The position numbers were made by a program, and so were the translations under genes. A DNA stretch of 64,000 nucleotides from positions 318 through 64,317 of the forward strand of contig DAOVDU010000002.1 in the NCBI GenBank assembly GCA_030669305.1. Reading direction: 5' to 3'. Below the pieces are notes generated by a model. It saw only the letters and a program-made list of their open reading frames with translations. It was not told the DNA's origin and searched no databases. Of this stretch, positions 57,538 to 64,000 are shown one piece after another. This stretch comes from Candidatus Aminicenantes bacterium (lineage in GTDB: Bacteria; Acidobacteriota; Aminicenantia; Aminicenantales; Aminicenantaceae). Numbering within the stretch: the stretch's first letter is position 1; the number at the start of each line of letters is the position of its first letter.

Positions 57538-58476
57538 TTAAACAGTTTCTCCACAGTGGGGACAATTTTTTGCTTTATAAGGTAAAGGTCTTCTACAGTT
57601 CCAGCAAAAATCTGCTTTTCTCCTTTCCCGTGCTTTTATCCTTCCCCATATGTCCTCAATTTCTGACTTTGCAGAGTTTTTTCCCTTAAATGAGGAAAGA
57701 TCTTTTATTATTCCTGAAGCCTTCTGATATCTTTCTTCAATCTTGGAGGAAAGGCATTTCATGATTATTTTGTCAATTTCTTTCGGAATTTTATTGTTTT
57801 TTAGACGAGGCGGTGTTATTTCCCCTTTTTGCGCCTTTTCCAGGATCTTAAAGGGGTCAGGATCAAATATGGGAGGCCTCCCGATAATCATCTCATAAAA
57901 AATGCATCCGATAGAATAAATGTCTGATCTAAAAGTTGCCTTTCCTAAAAATTGTTCTGGTGCCATATATGGAGGAGATCCAATTCGAGTTGATGCATAT
58001 GGAATATTGTTCAGCCAAGCTGAAGTTCCGAAATCCGTGATTTTAATTTTTCCTTCATCTGAAATGATTATGTTTGAAGGCCTTAAATCCCTGTGAACGA
58101 TCTTATTCGAATGTGCATGATTAACAGCATCTGAAATTTGTATGATATAATCAATAGCAGTTTCAGCATCGAGGACTTTATCCTTTTCTAATATTTTTTC
58201 CATTGTTTTTCCTTTAATATACTCCATAACCATAAAGAAAACTTTGTTTTCCTTTTCTGCAGAAATCATGCGTACGATATTAGGATGGTTCAAGGCAGCT
58301 TGAAGTCTTGACTCTTTAAGAAGCTTAAACAGCTCTGTAGATTGCTTGTGGGGAACCTTTATAGCCACCTTAATATTGAGCCAGGTGTCTTTGGCAAGAA
58401 ATACAGAACCAAAACCGCCGCTTCCAAGTGAGCGTAGAATCTGATACTTGCCTACTTTTTGACCTTGAAGAAACAT
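57538..58476 (-). CDS. Ser/Thr protein kinase with C-terminal zinc-ribbon
   Basis: GSGGFGSV, VAIK, HRDLRPSNI, DFG and APE motifs. C-terminal CWNC...CPHCG zinc ribbon. Confidence 0.8.
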   Translation of the reverse strand: MFLQGQKVGKYQILRSLGSGGFGSVFLAKDTWLNIKVAIKVPHKQSTELFKLLKESRLQAALNHPNIVRMISAEKENKVFFMVMEYIKGKTMEKILEKDKVLDAETAIDYIIQISDAVNHAHSNKIVHRDLRPSNIIISDEGKIKITDFGTSAWLNNIPYASTRIGSPPYMAPEQFLGKATFRSDIYSIGCIFYEMIIGRPPIFDPDPFKILEKAQKGEITPPRLKNNKIPKEIDKIIMKCLSSKIEERYQKASGIIKDLSSFKGKNSAKSEIEDIWGRIKARERRKADFCWNCRRPLPYKAKNCPHCGETV

Positions 58477-58515
58477 ATTATATATTCCAAAAATGAGATA
58501 TTATTGCCAAACTAA

Positions 58516-58710
58516 TTAGAGCCGCGTATCGCTTTTTCCAATTTCTTCAAATCTGGCCAAATAGTTGATGCCGTTTGCATCAAAGAGCCAAACTGTTTTT
58601 TTTGGTTTTATCCTGGCTACTTTGCTTAAATGGTGATGCTCATCTCCGTCTAGAAGAATGTAAGAAGAATGAATGTTGCTATCTTTTATAAAGAAACGAT
58701 TCGAAGTCAA
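58516..58710 (-). pseudogene. rsmE: N-terminal 64-codon remnant of 16S rRNA methyltransferase RsmE
   Basis: MTSNRFFIKDSNI...LDGDEHHHLSKVARIKPKKTVWLFDANGINYLARFEEI matches the RsmE N-terminal PUA-like domain. The ORF ends after 64 aa, only about 40 nt before the kinase start. Full length would be about 240 aa. Confidence 0.5.
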
Positions 58711-58718
58711 AATTTACT

Positions 58719-59852
58719 CTAATGAAATATATTTTTCACTTTGCCAATAATGCTTTTGTCAACAACTTCAGAATTTTCTCCTAAAGAATCAGCAAATTTC
58801 CGAAGCAATTGCTTTTGTTCGTTTGTTAAATTTTTTGGGGTCTCCACATTAACTTTAATAAATAAATCTCCCTTTCTATAGCTGTGAAGGTCTTTTATGC
58901 CTTTTCCTTTTAATCTGAAAGTTTCTCCTGGCTGGGTTCCTGGTGGAATTTTCAATATTTCATTTTCCTCAATTGTAGGAATTTCTACGGTTGTTCCCAA
59001 AGAAGCTTTAGAAAAAGATATTGGAATTTGACAATAGAGGTTATTGTCTTCCCTATTAAAAAATTTATGTTTTTTTACATGTATGATGACATAAAGGTCT
59101 CCACGCGCTGCTCCTTTATCTCCAACTTCCCCTTCTCCCTCGATTCTAAGCTTTGTACCGTTGTCGACTCCAGCTGGAATTTTCATATGTAAATATTTCT
59201 TCTCTTTTACTTTGCCTGTACCTTGGCATCTTTCACAGGGAGATGTTATTACCTCGCCGTGGCCATTGCAATTGGGACAGGTGCGGGAAATTGTAAAAAA
59301 ACCCTGGTTGTAGCGAACCTGGCCTCTTCCTTGGCAATGCTGACATACAGTTTTTTTTGATCCAGGAAGCATCTTCGAACCATGGCAAACCGGACAGAAT
59401 TCTAATTGGTTAAGCTTAATTTCTTTTTCTACACCAAGAGCAGCTTCCTCCAATGTGACTTCAAACTCAAGGGCAAGGTCTCTTCCCCTATTTGGATAAT
59501 TCCCTCTTCTTTGATGTCGGTTGCTAAATAAGTCTCCGAAGCCAAAGTTAAAAAAATTTCCGAGAATATCTTCAAAACCCTCAAAAATTGATGAATTAAA
59601 ACCTGAAAATCCGTTGAAACCTTCTCCTCGCAGCCCTTCATGACCGAATCGATCATAAATAGACCTCTTTTCTGGATCGATCAAGACACTATAAGCTTCA
59701 GCTGTTTCTTTAAATTTTTCTTCTGCTTTCTTATCTCCAGGATTTCTGTCAGGATGGTATTTGAGGGCCATTTGACGGTAGGCCCTCTTAATTTGTTCTG
59801 AAGAAGAATTGTGAGAGATTCCTAAAATTTCATAATAATCCTGTTTAGTCAT
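58719..59852 (-). CDS. dnaJ: Chaperone DnaJ (J-domain, G/F region, four CxxCxGxG zinc-finger repeats)
   Basis: HPD motif in the J-domain (YHPDRNPGD) and four CxxCxGxG repeats. 377 aa. Confidence 0.9.
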   Translation of the reverse strand: MTKQDYYEILGISHNSSSEQIKRAYRQMALKYHPDRNPGDKKAEEKFKETAEAYSVLIDPEKRSIYDRFGHEGLRGEGFNGFSGFNSSIFEGFEDILGNFFNFGFGDLFSNRHQRRGNYPNRGRDLALEFEVTLEEAALGVEKEIKLNQLEFCPVCHGSKMLPGSKKTVCQHCQGRGQVRYNQGFFTISRTCPNCNGHGEVITSPCERCQGTGKVKEKKYLHMKIPAGVDNGTKLRIEGEGEVGDKGAARGDLYVIIHVKKHKFFNREDNNLYCQIPISFSKASLGTTVEIPTIEENEILKIPPGTQPGETFRLKGKGIKDLHSYRKGDLFIKVNVETPKNLTNEQKQLLRKFADSLGENSEVVDKSIIGKVKNIFH

Positions 59853-59877
59853 CCTACTCTACCTCAAGTTCTTCGAT

Positions 59878-61425
59878 TTAAGTTCTTTTGATGATCTTGT
59901 TAATTTCTTCTTGGGTAAGACCAAAAGAAGGTCTAACCTCAATCTTTTGTTCTTTACCAGTATATACATCTTTGGCGGATACCTTTGCTAATCCATCAGA
60001 GTCTATTTCAAATGTTACATCTATTTGTGGAACGCCGGCTGAAGCAGATTCGATTCCGACCAAATCAAACACAGCCAAAGGTTTGTTTTCAGAGCTTTTT
60101 TCACTTTCTCCCTGCAGGACTTTAACCTTCACTCTTCTTTGGTTATGTTCAACAGTCGTAAAGGAACGGCTCTTTTTACATGGGATGGTTGTATTTTTTT
60201 CAATTATTCTGATAAATATATCGTTTTCAGTATCTATACCTAACGATAAAGGAGTAACATCAAGGAGAAGAATGAGATCTTTCATTTTGCCCTTCAGAAT
60301 TCCTGACTGGATTGCTGCTCCCATAGCCACAATTTCATCTGGATTTATATGTTCAAGTGGTTCTTTCCCAAAAAATTCAGTAATTGTCTTCCTTATCAAT
60401 GGCATTCGTGTTTGTCCTCCCACAAGGATAACCTCATCAATGTTTTCGCATCCTAATTTACTGTCATTGAGAGCCTGCTCTATGAATGGAAGCGCTTTGT
60501 CTACAAGATCCCTGGTCAACTCTTCGAGCTTTTTTCTTGTGAGATTTTTTCTTATGTGTTTGGATCCTGATTTTTCTGAACATATGAAAGGAAGATGAAT
60601 TTCGCTTTCAAGAGTAAAAGAAAGCTCTCGTTTCGCTTTTTCAGCTGCTTCCTTTATTCTCTGAAGGGCCAACTTATCCTGAGAAAGATCGATATTATTC
60701 TCTTTCTTAAATTCATCTATCAACCAATCCAATATGCGATTATCAAAATCTTCTCCTCCAAGGTATGTGTTTCCGTTTGTTGCCAATACTTGGAAAATAC
60801 CATCATTGATTTCCATTAGTGTTATATCAAAGGTGCCACCGCCTATATCGAAAACAGCGATTGTAGCATTTTTTTTCGTGTTAAACCCATAGGTTAAGCT
60901 TGCGGATGTAGGCTCATTAATGACTCGAATTACTTCTAAGCCAACAATTTTGGCTGCATCTTTTGTTGCTTGCCTTTGATGGTCATCAAAGTGAGCAGGA
61001 ACTGTAATAACTGTTTCAGTGACTTTGTCTCCTAAGTAAGATTCAGCACACTCTTTCAAATATTTCAGAATCATAGCTGATATTTCCTGAGGGCTTATCA
61101 AGCGTGAATCGAGTTCAACTACAGCGTCGCCGTTTGGCGATTCGGCTAATCTGTAGAGTATCCTATTTTTCGTGTCGTTCACCTCTTCTGAATTGAATTT
61201 CTTCCCCATCAGCCTCTTTATAGCAATGATGGTATTTTCAGGATTTGTAATAGCCTGCCGCATGGCTAGATTACCGATGAGCCTTTCACCGGACGTGGTG
61301 AAACTCACAACCGAAGGCGTTGTTGAGAGACCATCAAGATTGGGGATAATTCTTGGTTCGTTCCCTTCTAGATAAGCAACGCAGGAATAGGTCGTTCCCA
61401 GGTCTATACCTATTATATGTCCCAT
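59878..61425 (-). CDS. dnaK: Hsp70 chaperone DnaK, ending right after the substrate-binding beta-domain (no helical lid)
   Basis: IGIDLGTTYSCVA, DLGGGTFD and the VLLLDVTPLSLGIDT linker are present. The C-terminus is ...VSAKDVYTGKEQKIEVRPSFGLTQEEINKIIKRT* at 515 aa, against about 610-640 aa for canonical DnaK. Only 25 nt separate it from dnaJ. Confidence 0.85.
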   Translation of the reverse strand: MGHIIGIDLGTTYSCVAYLEGNEPRIIPNLDGLSTTPSVVSFTTSGERLIGNLAMRQAITNPENTIIAIKRLMGKKFNSEEVNDTKNRILYRLAESPNGDAVVELDSRLISPQEISAMILKYLKECAESYLGDKVTETVITVPAHFDDHQRQATKDAAKIVGLEVIRVINEPTSASLTYGFNTKKNATIAVFDIGGGTFDITLMEINDGIFQVLATNGNTYLGGEDFDNRILDWLIDEFKKENNIDLSQDKLALQRIKEAAEKAKRELSFTLESEIHLPFICSEKSGSKHIRKNLTRKKLEELTRDLVDKALPFIEQALNDSKLGCENIDEVILVGGQTRMPLIRKTITEFFGKEPLEHINPDEIVAMGAAIQSGILKGKMKDLILLLDVTPLSLGIDTENDIFIRIIEKNTTIPCKKSRSFTTVEHNQRRVKVKVLQGESEKSSENKPLAVFDLVGIESASAGVPQIDVTFEIDSDGLAKVSAKDVYTGKEQKIEVRPSFGLTQEEINKIIKRT

Positions 61426-61427
61426 AT

Positions 61428-62039
61428 TTAATTCCCTTTTTTAGGAACAACAACTTTGACCAAGGCTGGGCGCAGCAGTCTGTTATGAAGGGTATAGCCT
61501 TGCTGTAATTCTTCAATAACCTCTGCATCTTCTACCTCATCAGATTCTTCCGTGATGAAGGCCTGATGGAGATGAGGATCAAATTTTTTCCCTTTGCTTT
61601 CAATAGGGGTAACTCCTTGTTTTATCAACAGACGTAGACACTGCTTATAGATCAATTCAATGCCTTCCTGGAAGCTTTTGGTGTCCCTTTGGTCTTTGCT
61701 TTTTATGGCTCTTTCAAAATTATCGAGTACAACAAGAAGCTCTTTTAATAGATCAATGAGAGCATATTGGTAGAATTCATTTTTTTCTCTTTCTAACCTT
61801 TTTCTTGCATTTTCTTTATCGGCTATGGCCCTTAAGTAGTCTTCTTTGATTTTTTTCATTTCTTTCTTGAGCTTCTTAATTTCTGTTTCTTTCTTTTTTA
61901 ATTTATTCTTCAATGTTTTGGTTTCATTCTGTTTATCTTTATGCTCTATATCTTTGTCGATTATATATTCAATCTCAATCTCTTTTTCCTGTTTTTCCCC
62001 TTTTGCTTCTACAGATTGCGTTCCGATTCTCTTTGGCAT
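61428..62039 (-). CDS. grpE: Nucleotide exchange factor GrpE
   Basis: Coiled-coil N-terminus and a C-terminal beta-domain. Position between hrcA and dnaK. 203 aa. Confidence 0.85.
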   Translation of the reverse strand: MPKRIGTQSVEAKGEKQEKEIEIEYIIDKDIEHKDKQNETKTLKNKLKKKETEIKKLKKEMKKIKEDYLRAIADKENARKRLEREKNEFYQYALIDLLKELLVVLDNFERAIKSKDQRDTKSFQEGIELIYKQCLRLLIKQGVTPIESKGKKFDPHLHQAFITEESDEVEDAEVIEELQQGYTLHNRLLRPALVKVVVPKKGN

Positions 62040-62048
62040 CTTTCCTCC

Positions 62049-63092
62049 TTATTGAGAAAAACTAATAGTTTGGCTCAACTTTTTGGCCATATAATCCACT
62101 AAAGGGATGATTTTTTTGTATGGAATTCTTTTCGGGCCTATTATGCCCAAGGAGCCTAATACCTGTCTGTCATATCCATAGTGGGAAAGAACAATGGAAC
62201 AGTCTGAAATATTTGGAAGATTCAGTTCTGTTCCGATCAATACTTTGACTCTGTCAAGAATGATAAAATCAGAAAGGAGTTTCGCGAACTTTGTCCTTTC
62301 CTCAAAGTTTTGGAAAAGGGACTTCAGGATTTCGGTCTCGAAAAGTTCAGGTTTTTCCAATAATTTTGAAGTTCCTCGTAAAAAGATTTGGTTTTCTCTT
62401 TCTTCCTGAAAAATATAAGCTCTAAGAAGGGAAATTATTTTACGAATGGTATTCTCGTATCTCACCCTAAATTTAGGCACTTCCCTTAGAAGGTAATTGC
62501 GAATAAAAACCAGGTTGTTTCCCCTAAAATTTTCATTAATGTAATGCGAAGCTCTATCAAGTTCGACTTGTGTAAAATAGCTCGTTGTCTCTACGATTTC
62601 GGTTAAAACGAGATTAGAGGATGTGATCAAAATAATCATGACCTTTTCTTCAGATACTTTGATAAAGCGGATATGATGAAAATTTATTCTAGATATTCTA
62701 GGTGAGAGGACGAATCCAAGATTATCAGAATGCTCTGATAGTATTTTTGAAACATGAACAAGGAGAGAGTTGAAATCGCCTTTTTTGAGAATAAAATCTT
62801 CGGTTGAGAAGTTGACTTGTTTTTCTGGAAAGATGGCTTCTTCAAACAAATTATTGACGTAAAATCTAAAGCCTTTATCTGATGGAATGCGTCCTGCGGA
62901 TGTATGAGGTTGATCAAGGTATCCTTGATTCTCTAGCTTGACCATTATATTTCTAACTGTAGCAGAGGAAACAGAGATACTGCTAATTTGAGCAATATAT
63001 CTTGAGCTTACTGGCTTTCCAATTTTAAGATAGCTCTCAACAATTAATTGGAGTATATGTTTGTCTTTTTGTCTTAGTAATTGTTCCTGCAA
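62049..63092 (-). CDS. hrcA: Heat-inducible transcription repressor HrcA
   Basis: N-terminal winged HTH (..ILQLIVESYLKIGKPVSSRYIA..) and HrcA C-domain. 347 aa. First gene of hrcA-grpE-dnaK-dnaJ. Confidence 0.85.
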   Translation of the reverse strand: MQEQLLRQKDKHILQLIVESYLKIGKPVSSRYIAQISSISVSSATVRNIMVKLENQGYLDQPHTSAGRIPSDKGFRFYVNNLFEEAIFPEKQVNFSTEDFILKKGDFNSLLVHVSKILSEHSDNLGFVLSPRISRINFHHIRFIKVSEEKVMIILITSSNLVLTEIVETTSYFTQVELDRASHYINENFRGNNLVFIRNYLLREVPKFRVRYENTIRKIISLLRAYIFQEERENQIFLRGTSKLLEKPELFETEILKSLFQNFEERTKFAKLLSDFIILDRVKVLIGTELNLPNISDCSIVLSHYGYDRQVLGSLGIIGPKRIPYKKIIPLVDYMAKKLSQTISFSQ

Positions 63093-63147
63093 TGTGTTTC
63101 CTCTGAATAAAATTATATCATTAAATCTTAAAAATCTTCAAATTACT

Positions 63148-63276
63148 TTAGTCGGTTGAGTCCGTTTAGTCCATTATGTTAATTCCCGTTTATCTGGTTT
63201 ATCTGGTTTGTTTTGTTTCTCTGCTTCATTAATTTACTTTGTTAAATAACAGACTAACCGATTAACCGACTAACAG
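63148..63276. repeat. Third composite inverted TAAC-octamer array, containing tctggtttatctggtttg (inverse of the motif at 35487-35504)
   Basis: tagtcggt tgagtccg tttagtcc ... cgtttatctggtttatctggtttg ... gttaaataacagactaaccgattaaccgactaacag. Confidence 0.75.
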
Positions 63277-63290
63277 AAATAAGTTTTGAG

Positions 63291-64000
63291 TTATTTTACT
63301 ATCCTGATTCCGGCGTAGCCAACGACTTCAAGATTATTTCCGGTGATATCCCCTGAAGTTTGATATTTTATAAGCTCTGCTTTTTTTGCACCTAATTCCT
63401 TTGAAGCAACTAGGGCTGCAGTAGTTGGTTGAAAGCCGCACATGCTGATTTCTTCAATTTTTACAACAGAGTAAAGTCCTTCTGCATCAAGCGTCATTAT
63501 TTTTTCGATTGCTGAAAAATCTTTTTTTTTCGCGACTTCCTGGCTTACATAATGACTCATATCTGTACTGGCTACAATCATAACTTCTTCACCAAGCTCC
63601 TTGATGGCTTTAGATATGGCTTTCCCTAATTCATTCATGTCTTCAAGAGAGGAATAAAACGCAATAATTATAGGGACAATAGAAATGTCGCTTTTGAAAT
63701 ATTGAATAAAGGGAAGCTGAACCTCAAGGGAATGCTCGTGGGAATGCGCTTTATCATCTTCTGTGATGAGTGCGGAATGTTTCATAATGAGCTTAGACAA
63801 ACGAGTGTCAACAGGAACATCTCCTAAAGGAGTTTCCCAAATGCCCTCTTTCATTATAGCAAGATTAGTTGCCACGTTTTTATGGCTGGGGCCTAAGATG
63901 ACGAACTTATTAGGAAGATAAACAGAAGAAAAAACCGCACCAGCAACACTTCCTGAGTATTCAAATCCTGCATGCGGGGAAATCACACAGACTGCTTTTT
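63291..64000 (-). CDS. MEMO1-family protein (AmmeMemoRadiSam system protein B-like), 5'-partial: the frame stays open to the window edge
   Basis: ISPHAGFEYSGSVAGAVF and ...MSHYV...H motifs of the MEMO1/dioxygenase-like family. The conserved HAG motif normally lies about 45 aa from the N-terminus, so the true start is beyond 64000. Confidence 0.7.
   Translation of the reverse strand, partial: KAVCVISPHAGFEYSGSVAGAVFSSVYLPNKFVILGPSHKNVATNLAIMKEGIWETPLGDVPVDTRLSKLIMKHSALITEDDKAHSHEHSLEVQLPFIQYFKSDISIVPIIIAFYSSLEDMNELGKAISKAIKELGEEVMIVASTDMSHYVSQEVAKKKDFSAIEKIMTLDAEGLYSVVKIEEISMCGFQPTTAALVASKELGAKKAELIKYQTSGDITGNNLEVVGYAGIRIVK

Noticed and set aside
59888-60598. 236-aa + strand ORF overlapping dnaK
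   Set aside because: Antisense shadow ORF within the highly conserved dnaK reading frame.
1-64000. Canonical chromosomal parS (TGTTNCACGTGAAACA) and CIRCE (TTAGCACTC-N9-GAGTGCTAA) sites
   Set aside because: Scanned by eye around parAB and hrcA and no convincing match was seen. The absence is only as reliable as a visual scan.

Overview
Base composition is about 40% GC and genes are densely packed, consistent with a bacterial chromosome segment, probably from an uncultivated anaerobic peptide-fermenting organism. All homology calls below are made by eye from motifs, not from searches.

The left half (1-33.4 kb) is a peptide-degradation island: a penicillin-acylase-family Ntn hydrolase, a beta-lactamase-fold serine hydrolase, two C69 dipeptidases, two S9 peptidases, an M20D amidohydrolase, two tandem M14 carboxypeptidase homologues (the second lacks the HxxE zinc site), an amidohydrolase and a tungsten-type aldehyde:ferredoxin oxidoreductase. 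An ECF sigma/anti-sigma module and several small hypothetical membrane proteins sit among them.

The right half is housekeeping: SDR, parA-parB, rho, lon, tig, tRNA-Leu(TAG), a putative amino-acid racemase/aminomutase cluster, a TPR protease, alaS, pilT, ilvE, a Ser/Thr kinase, and dnaJ-dnaK-grpE-hrcA. The window ends in a partial MEMO1-family gene.

The most distinctive features are:
- a family of composite inverted arrays of 8-bp TAAC-core repeats at three to four intergenic sites;
- a 550-bp plus 78-nt segmental repeat whose two copies are arranged in permuted order, bracketing a zone of decayed gene fragments (permease, Gfo/Idh/MocA oxidoreductase, sugar-phosphate isomerase, PD-(D/E)XK nuclease, EEP nuclease, rsmE);
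- a 33-bp perfect palindrome in front of a lipoprotein gene;
- a dnaK that stops right after the substrate-binding beta-domain, leaving no room for the helical lid.

No CRISPR array, rRNA gene or intact transposase was seen.
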